The notes below the pieces were generated by a model. It was not told the DNA's origin. It ran no database searches and worked only from the letters and a program-made list of their open reading frames with translations. A program made the position numbers and the translations under genes. 26,654 bases of DNA from a virus. Taxonomy: Duplodnaviria > Caudoviricetes. Positions 7,716 to 15,973 of the stretch are shown here, in pieces (the first letter of the stretch is position 1; the number at the start of each line of letters is the position of its first letter). The stretch spans positions 1-26,654 of IMG/VR virus record IMGVR_UViG_3300037714_000453; one strand, 5' to 3'.

Positions 7716-9298
7716 CGGTATTCCACGTTGAACCCGCTCCGAGTGTAGAGGTCGAGGCGGCTCTTCCAGTGGTTGGCGAGATAATCCTTGAGGTGGGACT
7801 GGTCGCGCCCGTCGGCGACGTCGTAGACGGTCACGGACGACTTCCCCGGCCTGACCCTGAGCATGCGCCCGAGCGCCTGGATGACCGCGATGTCGGACTC
7901 CCCTCCGCCGGCCAGGAAGCCCGCGTCGATCTCCGGCGCGTCGGCGCCCTCGCGAAAGAACGGCGTGCAGACGAGGACGCCGCCGTCGGTGGCCGCCTTG
8001 AACATCCCCAGGACCGCCTCCCGACGCTCCCAGTCGTCCTCCCCGCTGAGCACCCAGGCCGGGCGCTCTGCCCGCCGTCTGACCGCTTGGTAGATCGCCT
8101 CGGCGTGCGGCACGCGATTGCACAGGACGAGGAACCGGTCACCCTCGCGCGCGTGCCAGACCGCGGTCTTGATCACGAGCTGGTTGCGGGCCTCGTTCAG
8201 CATGACGCCGCGCTCGTACATCTCGCGGAACATCACCCCGCCCAGCCTCGAGAGGAGGCGCCGAGGGTCGTCTCGCCAATCCGGACAGACCCGCTCACGG
8301 ACCTCCTCGTAGGACGGGTACGTCGTGGGCGGGCACCGGAGGACCACCACGTCCGGCGCCGCCACGAAGCCCAGATCCGCGAGCTCCATCGTCGTCGCGA
8401 CCGTGAACGTCGGGCCGTAGGCTCCCTCGATTCGCAGCTGCGTCACGAGCGGGAGCTTGACGACCTCGTCGCCGACCGAGCCGCTGAGGCCAAGCCGCTG
8501 CTTGGCGTTCGAGCACGCAGCCTGGATCGCCCGGTGGGTCTCCGCCGCGCCGTGGTGGACCTCGTCCTCGACGAGCACGTCGAACTGCGAGAACCAGTCC
8601 GGGTCGTAGGCGGGGTTCTGGCGGGACCCCCGGCCGCCCTTGCCGGCGAGCGTCGGGCGCGCGATGCGCTGGAGCGTCTGGACCATGCCGACCACGACCT
8701 GCCCGTCGGTCCAGCTCTCTCGCGGACCCTGCGCGACGCCGACCTCCATCCCCAGACGCTTCTCGAACCGCTGCGGCGTCTGGGTCATGAGAGTGTCGGT
8801 GTGCGTGAGCCAGAGGGTCTTCCCCCCGCAGCGCCGGACGAACTCGATCGCTATCTCGGTCTTGCCTCCGCTGGTGGGGCACTGGAGGACCATGCGGCGC
8901 GCCTGGGTGGCCTTCTGCACGGCCTCAGCCTGGTACGGCCGCCACGTCATGTCGCGAAGCGCTCCGGCGAGCGGCGAACGCTCCGGGACATTCGGCCAGC
9001 GGATCTCCGGCCTCTCGTGACCCAGGGAGACCAGGACGGAGGCGACGCGCCACGTCAGCCCAGAGAGGAACTCGTTCTTGACTCTGGAGACGAACTGCAC
9101 ACGGCCGTCGGACCTTCCATTCTTGAACGCCCAGGTGTGCTCCGCGGCGGGGTTGTAGATAGACAGCGCTTCGCGGACCTCCGCTTGGACCTCCGGCGGG
9201 GCCTCGAGCCGGGCCCAGACCGGGCCGACCACTACCCTCGGGCGCGTACCCACGCCATAGGTATCCAGGGAAGGGGGCTCAGGCCTCACCAGTGACAA
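7712..9298 (-). CDS. SF2 DEAD/DEAH-like helicase (UvsW/XPB-like)
   Basis: Q motif RPYQ, Walker A PTSGGKT, DEVH, GLSGS, EGADAP, motif VI QALGRMLR. Start (TTG) uncertain. Confidence 0.9.
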   Translation of the reverse strand: MSLVRPEPPSLDTYGVGTRPRVVVGPVWARLEAPPEVQAEVREALSIYNPAAEHTWAFKNGRSDGRVQFVSRVKNEFLSGLTWRVASVLVSLGHERPEIRWPNVPERSPLAGALRDMTWRPYQAEAVQKATQARRMVLQCPTSGGKTEIAIEFVRRCGGKTLWLTHTDTLMTQTPQRFEKRLGMEVGVAQGPRESWTDGQVVVGMVQTLQRIARPTLAGKGGRGSRQNPAYDPDWFSQFDVLVEDEVHHGAAETHRAIQAACSNAKQRLGLSGSVGDEVVKLPLVTQLRIEGAYGPTFTVATTMELADLGFVAAPDVVVLRCPPTTYPSYEEVRERVCPDWRDDPRRLLSRLGGVMFREMYERGVMLNEARNQLVIKTAVWHAREGDRFLVLCNRVPHAEAIYQAVRRRAERPAWVLSGEDDWERREAVLGMFKAATDGGVLVCTPFFREGADAPEIDAGFLAGGGESDIAVIQALGRMLRVRPGKSSVTVYDVADGRDQSHLKDYLANHWKSRLDLYTRSGFNVEYR

Positions 9299-9388
9299 AT
9301 CTAGGGGGCTTCAGACCGAGACCTAGGTCAGCATATGAGTCAGCGCTCCAATGGCGCCAGTGAGCGCCCAGGGGACACACAGGGGCCC

Positions 9389-11158
9389 TTACGAACCCGG
9401 TAGCCCGACAGTCTGACGGCTAGAGAAGCCCAGGAGGTTGCCCAGCGTGACCTCATTCCTGTTCGTGACTGGGTATGTCAATCGATCCGCGATGAACTGC
9501 GGGATGTGCGCCGCCGCCGGGACCTTCGCGTAGTCCTTGAGTTTCGCGCTCGGCGTCGACATCTTCACCGGCACGTTCAGCAACGTGACCACGCGGCCCG
9601 TGAGGAACTTCACGAAGCTCGTCTTGACGTCGAGCGTCGCCGTTGAGAAAGACGTCGGGGCGGGTGACGTCATGTTGAGCGCGAGGAGCAGCGACGGAGC
9701 TAGGAGAACGACGGGGCCATACAGAAAGAATGACTGTATGACCGCGGTGGGTCCGGAGACGACGGACGCGGAAGCAGGGGTGTCTCCTAGTCTCGCCAGC
9801 GCAAACTGTGTGATACGCGCGTCAGTCGTCACCGGCTCCGTGATGGTCGGCGCGGTCTCGCGCCTCCACATGACGTAACGCTCGTTGCTAGAGATGAAGA
9901 CCGACTTGTCCACGCTCGACGTGATGTCGTGCAGCGACACCATCTGCGCGGTGACGGGGAGCGCCGGAGGCGTCGTGGCCTGGGCGGCGCCAGGGTAAAG
10001 CATAGTTACCGTCGAAGTGAGGCCACCGAATGGTTGAGTATAAACCGCGTACAGGAAGCCGTTGACCAGGTCCCCGTCCTCGTTGAAGAGCGGGGTCAGG
10101 TCGTAGGTGGCGCGGTAGCCGGCGGTCCCTGTAATAGACGGGTTCATCTCAAAGTTGATGCCGTCGTAGAGCGGGGGCGCGGGGGCGCTACCGAAACGCT
10201 CCGCGAGCCCATTGTAGAGGACGGCGCCGGTCGTCAGGTTGACGATCACCGGATACACGAAGGTGCAAAACGTGAAGCTCAAGTCCCCGAACTTCGGGAT
10301 CAGAAAGATGTCAGCCGTGAGGATGACCTCGTTTCGCTTGTTCAGCGAGACGTGCTTCACCTGGCCCCGTATCGACTCAACCAGCGTCCCGGAACCGACG
10401 ACGACGTAGCCGCCCGTGAGCACACCGCCCAACGTGATCGCCGTCTCAGTGAAAGGCATCCCTCCGCTGGGCGGTGGCGAGAAGACGATACTCACAGTCC
10501 CGAGCGCGATCCCCCCGAGCGTGGCTGCGTCGATCGTCGAGATTAGCGTGGCCTTCGGGGCGGATCGGATAGCTGTTGTCGGGGAGCCCGAGAGCTTGAA
10601 GACGTAGAACTTCGCGTGCCCACCTCCGTTGCCGTCGAAGCTACCTGTGCCGCCGGGGTTCACGGGGGTCGGCTGGAGGCTATCCCAGACGACGAAATGC
10701 CGCCGCTGCGCGCCCCAGCGCACATTTGAGATGGACGTGAGCTCCGCCTTCGCGGCGCAGTCGAGGTTTGTGATCACAGACTCGTTACGAAACCACACGT
10801 CCGTGTTTGGGAAAGGCCCCCCCTCGGAAGCGACCGCGGGGGCGCAGATCAACTCCTCGATCCCACCGCCGACGAATACCTCGTCCGTCCCCGGGCCGCG
10901 CCTGGAAAGGACTTCGAGGATCATGAACGGGGAGCCGTCTCGCCACTGCACGTGCACCAGGTCGCCCCCTTTGAGCTGCATGGGGATGCGCGTCGGCGTC
11001 AAGACGCCGCGGATGTAGTACCGGCTGTCGGATGCGTTCGGGCGCTCGACGAGCTCCTGTGTGATGAAGTCTGACCTCGCGTCCTGCGTGTTCTGCCTGG
11101 GCGCAGAGCGAGATGACGGGGTCGCCCTGACTCGGCTGACGTACCTTGGAGTAGGCAT
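9389..11158 (-). CDS. Putative tail spike / receptor-binding protein
   Basis: Last gene of the tail module; beta-rich and Thr/Ser-rich; start reassigned to ATG 11158 (MPTPRYV), just after the 11164 stop. Confidence 0.6.
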   Translation of the reverse strand: MPTPRYVSRVRATPSSRSAPRQNTQDARSDFITQELVERPNASDSRYYIRGVLTPTRIPMQLKGGDLVHVQWRDGSPFMILEVLSRRGPGTDEVFVGGGIEELICAPAVASEGGPFPNTDVWFRNESVITNLDCAAKAELTSISNVRWGAQRRHFVVWDSLQPTPVNPGGTGSFDGNGGGHAKFYVFKLSGSPTTAIRSAPKATLISTIDAATLGGIALGTVSIVFSPPPSGGMPFTETAITLGGVLTGGYVVVGSGTLVESIRGQVKHVSLNKRNEVILTADIFLIPKFGDLSFTFCTFVYPVIVNLTTGAVLYNGLAERFGSAPAPPLYDGINFEMNPSITGTAGYRATYDLTPLFNEDGDLVNGFLYAVYTQPFGGLTSTVTMLYPGAAQATTPPALPVTAQMVSLHDITSSVDKSVFISSNERYVMWRRETAPTITEPVTTDARITQFALARLGDTPASASVVSGPTAVIQSFFLYGPVVLLAPSLLLALNMTSPAPTSFSTATLDVKTSFVKFLTGRVVTLLNVPVKMSTPSAKLKDYAKVPAAAHIPQFIADRLTYPVTNRNEVTLGNLLGFSSRQTVGLPGS

Positions 11159-11163
11159 TGAGT

Positions 11164-11442
11164 CTATCGCTGTGCCACGATTATGTAGCCGTTTCCCGTG
11201 TGCACGACCCAGACGCGATCGCCGTACCGCACGCCCGCGTCTATGGCGAGCGTCGCGGGGACGCGGCCTTCGACAGTCAAGTCGACCTCGTAGTTGTTGT
11301 TGTAGTTCCCGACGACGGACGCGACGGTGCCCTCCAACCACGCCCCGGGCCGCGGGCGATTGGCGTTGCTCGACGCCGTGGCGGCGGGGGAGGTTTGCCC
11401 TCCCTGCGCTGAGACCTGGTTGACGTGTCTGGGGGTCGGCAT
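11164..11442 (-). CDS. Small tail-tip protein, OB-fold-like (spike N-terminal-like)
   Basis: Follows the hub gene (TGATG overlap); GTVASV...YEVDL...GDRVWV pattern. Confidence 0.6.
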   Translation of the reverse strand: MPTPRHVNQVSAQGGQTSPAATASSNANRPRPGAWLEGTVASVVGNYNNNYEVDLTVEGRVPATLAIDAGVRYGDRVWVVHTGNGYIIVAQR

Positions 11443-13166
11443 CAGAGTGAGTTGTCGTAGAAGACACCGCGGACGTGTGTCAGGTAAGTCGGGTTGTCGA
11501 CGCTCTCACGGTACTCCAGCTTCGCCTCGGTCACGAGGAACGGTTGGAGCGGGATCTCGTAGCCGAGGTCGTCGTCCAACCCCGTCAGCGTCAAGGTCTG
11601 CCCGCGATGTATCCACGGCATCCCGGCGGCGGTGAAGCTCACCTCGACCTCGGTCGCGCCGCTCGCCCTCGTGGCTTGCCCGGCGATGGTGTTGAGCTCC
11701 GGCAGCAGCAGGTTCGGATTCGAGATGGTGACGTCTTTCGCCCCCAGCGCGGACGAGATGACCGCGGCGTAGACGACCGGCTCCTCATTTGCGCTCCCGC
11801 TGCCACCGCTGCTGCCCACGCCTCGCCCGGGCCCACCGGGCGGGGTGCCGTTCGCCGTCGTCCGGCGAGTCGAGCCGGCGCCGCCGTCGGCGTCATACTG
11901 CGTCGTCGTGACCTGATATGAGCCGGAGCTGCTCCGGCGATAGGTCTTCGACTCGCGCTCAACCGCCGTGAACCCGTTGATCTCCGGATCCCACTCTGAC
12001 TTCGTGGTGTGCTGCGCCTTCAGGTACCCATCTTCGTCATATGAGTGCGACACCCGCGTCTCGCTCAGCAAGCTGAAATTATCGTCTGAGTCGAACCCGC
12101 TTCGCGTGATGACGCGCTCGTTCTCTCTCGGACTGTTGACGAGCTGGTTCGGGAACACGATCGTGGCGCCGTCCCAATCGGACCGCACCGAATCGGAGGT
12201 GACGAGTTGGAGCAAGTCATCCTTGATTTCCCACGTCTCGACTGTCTGGCTCAGGACCGCGTTGTCGATCTGACGGATGTGCTCCTTTGTGACGATCACC
12301 GAGACGACGCGCCCGTCCTCCGTCATCTCGTCTACGGTCTCTGTGTCCTCGAACCCGATGACGGCCAGGCCCGGCCCCTCCATGTGTGCGCCTGTTACGC
12401 TGCCCAACAGTCGTAAGACGCGGATGTAACCCAAGGCGCGGGCTCGGAGCTGGAGGTCCGTGATGCGCGTGTCATGCGCGTCGAGCGCTATGCCGGGGCC
12501 CGCGGTCTCGCGCGATCGGACGATGACCAGGCTGCCCTCCGTCCAGATGTCGTACTTGCTCGGCTCGAAATTGTTGAATGGCGCGATGAGCTGCTGGATG
12601 GCGGAGATGACGGACCCGTTGACTGTGAAGGCCTCCCGCATGACGTAGTTCGGGGCCCCGTACGAGAGGCTCAACCCGACGCGCGAGCAGAGGTCCGCAG
12701 CGATCTCCGCCGCCGTTCGCTTCCCTGTCACGACCTCCGGCACGGTCACGCCAGGTATGACGGGCAGCTTCGGAAAGCCGGGGACGAAAGGTTGCGCCGC
12801 GACAGCCGCGAGCGGCGACCTACTGTCTAGCTTCCACCCTTCGTCCTCTGACGCCGCGAACTGCGGGAGCGCGTACGTGACGTAGACGGCCGACTCGATG
12901 GCGTAGGCCGCCGCGTCGCGCCCGCGCACGGCGCTCGTCTGGTCGTCCGGCGCGACGTGGAGCTCGACCTCGTCGATGACCCCGTTGCTCATGTTCGTCA
13001 GGAAGTTCTGCTGGAGGTTGTCGTCGAGGAACCCCGTCTCGATTGTCGCGGGCACCAGCGCGCCGCGGTCGACGAACGCCTCCGCCCCGTTGAACGCGAT
13101 CTCATACTGGTCGGACGCGAGCTGCACGGTCTGGTCTACGTTGATCTCTGACGGCTTCAAGCTCAT
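11442..13166 (-). CDS. Baseplate hub / tail-tip (Tal, gp27-like) protein
   Basis: Motifs GVIDEVE...VRGRDAAA, AAEIAADLCSRVGL, C-terminal GMPWIHRGQTLTL...FLVTE; position in the tail module. Confidence 0.65.
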   Translation of the reverse strand: MSLKPSEINVDQTVQLASDQYEIAFNGAEAFVDRGALVPATIETGFLDDNLQQNFLTNMSNGVIDEVELHVAPDDQTSAVRGRDAAAYAIESAVYVTYALPQFAASEDEGWKLDSRSPLAAVAAQPFVPGFPKLPVIPGVTVPEVVTGKRTAAEIAADLCSRVGLSLSYGAPNYVMREAFTVNGSVISAIQQLIAPFNNFEPSKYDIWTEGSLVIVRSRETAGPGIALDAHDTRITDLQLRARALGYIRVLRLLGSVTGAHMEGPGLAVIGFEDTETVDEMTEDGRVVSVIVTKEHIRQIDNAVLSQTVETWEIKDDLLQLVTSDSVRSDWDGATIVFPNQLVNSPRENERVITRSGFDSDDNFSLLSETRVSHSYDEDGYLKAQHTTKSEWDPEINGFTAVERESKTYRRSSSGSYQVTTTQYDADGGAGSTRRTTANGTPPGGPGRGVGSSGGSGSANEEPVVYAAVISSALGAKDVTISNPNLLLPELNTIAGQATRASGATEVEVSFTAAGMPWIHRGQTLTLTGLDDDLGYEIPLQPFLVTEAKLEYRESVDNPTYLTHVRGVFYDNSL

Positions 13167-14275
13167 ATCGTCACCCTCGCGATCGGAGCCTGCACGTCTG
13201 AGTCAGTGGACGACGTCACCAACGCCTGTGGGATGACGTCGAATATGACGTCCAGCGCGTCCGGGTTGGCCTGCACCACTTCAAACTGCACCCAGAGTGA
13301 CTCCAAGACGAACGGCGCGGGGACGACGTCGAAGACCACAGCGAGCGACGAGAGCTCCGTCTGGACGACCATGAACTCCACGTCGAGCCACGGGCGCCCG
13401 CCGAAGAGCCTGCCCACAGCGGTGACCTCTATGGCCGCTGACCCGCTGATCGATGTCGTGGTAGCGGACGACAAGGAGCCAGACGCCGCGATCTCTATCT
13501 CCGCCGACCCGCTGATCGGTGTCGTGGTAGCGAACGACAGAGAGCCAGACGCCGCGATCTCTATCTCCGCCGACCCGTTGATCGATGTCGTCCCCGCGGA
13601 TACGAAGAGGTCCCAAGGGTTCGCCGACAGGTCCTCGCAGGTCGCGTCGTCGAGGGTGCCGTCGAAGATGGCGAACAGGTCGACGAACTGGTCGCCGGCC
13701 TCTGGGTTACCCGTCCGCAGGCCGATATTGAAGTCGAAGCCGGAGTCAGTGCGCGTCGGGAGCGTGCCGGAGTGGTCGGAGACCAGCGTCCCGTCACGCC
13801 ACACCTTGATTCCGTATGACGAGAAGCGGCAGACCCACGTCTCTAGCGTGGTGCCCGTGAACGTGTGCCCGGTCTCACCGAGGATGTTCGGTTCTGAGTA
13901 ACCTCCGAAGAGCACGTAGAGATTACCGTCGGTACTCGGCGCGATGAGGGAGCACTCTATCGCACCATCGGAGGTGTTTACCGCGAAGGGCATACAGTCT
14001 GTGTTCCCGTTCGGTCTACGGAACCTAGCCAACACGGTGAGGTCCGCGCCGGTGGGGAGGAGCTGCGAGTCCGTCCCGAGCGTAATGTAGTCGGTGCCGC
14101 TGTCGAGGTAGAGCCCCCAGCCGCTCGCCTCCTCGGCCCACGTCGGCGTCCCCCCGAACACTACCGTGGGTGACTGGTCGATGAACTCCTCTGGCGTGCC
14201 AGTGCCCTCCTTGAAGGGCCAGATGTTTTGGAGCGCAGAGTAGGCGGGGTGCCCAGTGTCGAGCGTGAGGGGCAT
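13163..14275 (-). CDS. Minor tail protein with LamG/ConA-like domain and Ser/Thr-rich repeats
   Basis: IWPFKEGTG, GLYLDSGTDYI, IKVWRDG, FAIFDGTL motifs. Confidence 0.75.
   Translation of the reverse strand: MPLTLDTGHPAYSALQNIWPFKEGTGTPEEFIDQSPTVVFGGTPTWAEEASGWGLYLDSGTDYITLGTDSQLLPTGADLTVLARFRRPNGNTDCMPFAVNTSDGAIECSLIAPSTDGNLYVLFGGYSEPNILGETGHTFTGTTLETWVCRFSSYGIKVWRDGTLVSDHSGTLPTRTDSGFDFNIGLRTGNPEAGDQFVDLFAIFDGTLDDATCEDLSANPWDLFVSAGTTSINGSAEIEIAASGSLSFATTTPISGSAEIEIAASGSLSSATTTSISGSAAIEVTAVGRLFGGRPWLDVEFMVVQTELSSLAVVFDVVPAPFVLESLWVQFEVVQANPDALDVIFDVIPQALVTSSTDSDVQAPIARVTI
13426..13591. repeat. 66-bp (22-aa) tandem repeat, about 2.5 copies
   Basis: gacccgYtgatc recurs at 13440, 13506 and 13572; encodes SAEIEIAASGSLS(F/S)ATTT(P/S)ISG. 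Confidence 0.9.
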
Positions 14276-14281
14276 TGAGGA

Positions 14282-14695
14282 CTACCCGACGGTGATGCTC
14301 AGCGCGTCGATCGGGAACTCCGGAGCGTTGTCGCCGTCGTCGACCTGGAGCGGTGGGTAGACAGTCCCGCGAAGGAACATGTTGCCAGTGGTCTCCGCGT
14401 CCCACAGCCCGAAGTTCGTGATCAGGCCCCAGTTCGCCCCGGAGGGCGCGGGGAACGTGATGGCGACCTGGTTCTTCGACTCGCCACCTGTAGCGTCCTC
14501 CGCGGACCAGTTCGAGTCGCTCGGGTTGAGCTGGACGCGTCCGTATGCGCCGCCGCTCACCTCGGAGCCGGACGCGTCGTCATACGGGTCCTCCGTGTGC
14601 AGCGAGACCCAGAGCGCCGTCGGTTTTGTCCACGAGTCAGTGCGGAGGAGGTGCTTTCTGATGAGCCCCTCGAGGTAGTCGCTCGCTTGTGCCAT
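14282..14695 (-). CDS. Conserved minor tail / fibre-associated protein
   Basis: SDYLE...LWVSLHT.DP...EVSGGAYGR...ITFP...WGLITNFGLWDA pattern, widespread in phage tail modules. Confidence 0.8.
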   Translation of the reverse strand: MAQASDYLEGLIRKHLLRTDSWTKPTALWVSLHTEDPYDDASGSEVSGGAYGRVQLNPSDSNWSAEDATGGESKNQVAITFPAPSGANWGLITNFGLWDAETTGNMFLRGTVYPPLQVDDGDNAPEFPIDALSITVG

Positions 14696-14719
14696 TGTCG
14701 TGTGTCTCCTTGTTCTCTG

Positions 14720-15553
14720 TTAGACTTCGATCGGGAGCAGTCGGAACCGGCGCTTGTTACCGAGCGCGAGCGTGTTCGCGGGCACGGCGACGATCTTGTA
14801 AAAGAACCACTGCTGCCCGACCGCCAGGCCGTCCGGCGCGGTCGCGATCGTCAGGTCTACATCGTCGAAGTCCAGGTCCGCCGGCGGTGTGCCATAGTCC
14901 GGAGCTGCGCCGCCCGTCGTGTTGTCAGCCGGAGGAGCGCCCACGGTGGCCGCCGCCCCGACGTCGTTGTACTGAGACACCGCGACGTTGGCGACGAACG
15001 AGTACGCGCCGTAGGTGCCCGCGTCGTCGACCGCGGTCCGGTAGTAGTTGTAGCTCGCGGCGCCCGGCACGTCCTCCCAGTCGATCAGCCACTCCTCGGT
15101 CAACGCGCCGACGGTGAACGTGACCTCGACGCTCGCGATCGTCTCCCCGGTCGCGTTGAGCGCGGTGACGACGCCGCCGTACTCACCCACGCCCCCGGCC
15201 GCAGCCCACCCACCGCCTGACCCGGCGCCGAGCGTCGCGGTCGGCGCACCCGTCGGGAGGGCGAAGTCATCCACACCGGCGCCCCACGGCTTGCTGATCG
15301 TGCCGTTCGGGTCATCCGCGATCTTCCCCATCGTCCACCCGTCGTTCGACCCGACCTGCGTGACCCGCAGGAGGAGGGAGGTGAAGCCCGCGACGTTGCC
15401 CATCGAGCGGTCGCTGATGTTCTCCAGGCAGACCTTGACGGGGTCGGTGAACGCCGTCGCGCTGGGGAGGGCGACGACCTGCCCCTCGTCCTCGGTGTTG
15501 CCGGCGATCAGCGTCGCCCCGTCACCCTCCCTGAACCGTATGTTCGTCGCCAT
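14720..15553 (-). CDS. Minor tail protein with FN3-like domain
   Basis: YGGVVTALNATGET...IDWEDVPGAASYNYYRT; SD GGAAAGG. Confidence 0.7.
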   Translation of the reverse strand: MATNIRFREGDGATLIAGNTEDEGQVVALPSATAFTDPVKVCLENISDRSMGNVAGFTSLLLRVTQVGSNDGWTMGKIADDPNGTISKPWGAGVDDFALPTGAPTATLGAGSGGGWAAAGGVGEYGGVVTALNATGETIASVEVTFTVGALTEEWLIDWEDVPGAASYNYYRTAVDDAGTYGAYSFVANVAVSQYNDVGAAATVGAPPADNTTGGAAPDYGTPPADLDFDDVDLTIATAPDGLAVGQQWFFYKIVAVPANTLALGNKRRFRLLPIEV

Positions 15554-15565
15554 CTACCTTTCCCC

Positions 15566-15973
15566 CTATGATCCTGTGTACGTCTCGAAGTCGAGTTTCG
15601 CCAGCGTCACCACGTCGAGAATGAGCGTGTACTCGAAGAGCACACCACGCCCGTCCTTGATGAAGGTCGGGATCGCGTCGAAGTCAACGATGACGACTGT
15701 CCCCTCGAGCCCGGTGTAATCCCTGTAACTGTATGACTGCTTCCGCGTGAGCATCAGGCCCTCGATCGTGGCCTTGAGGGACTGGTTCATGAAGTTCCCG
15801 GAGCTCGTCAGCGTCAGGCGCATGTCCTTCGCCCAGCGCCCGAAGTCCTGCTGCGTCGTGCTGCCCATGATTCCGCGCAGGCGGGAGCGGCGCGGCGGCC
15901 ACTCACGCCGGATAGTCGGATCCGTCGTGAACTGGTTGTTGTTCAGGTACGCCTTCCCGAACGTGCGGATCAT
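15566..15973 (-). CDS. Distal tail (Dit-like) protein
   Basis: Immediately after the tape measure gene (ATGA overlap); 135 aa, beta-rich. Confidence 0.65.
   Translation of the reverse strand: MIRTFGKAYLNNNQFTTDPTIRREWPPRRSRLRGIMGSTTQQDFGRWAKDMRLTLTSSGNFMNQSLKATIEGLMLTRKQSYSYRDYTGLEGTVVIVDFDAIPTFIKDGRGVLFEYTLILDVVTLAKLDFETYTGS

Noticed and set aside
1938-9327. CCTAGG in three leaders (1938, 2617, 9322)
   Set aside because: Only 6-7 bp and adjacent to SD-like sequence; could be chance.
9389-11158. Diversity-generating retroelement targeting the receptor-binding protein
   Set aside because: No reverse transcriptase and no adenine-variant TR/VR pair seen in the window.
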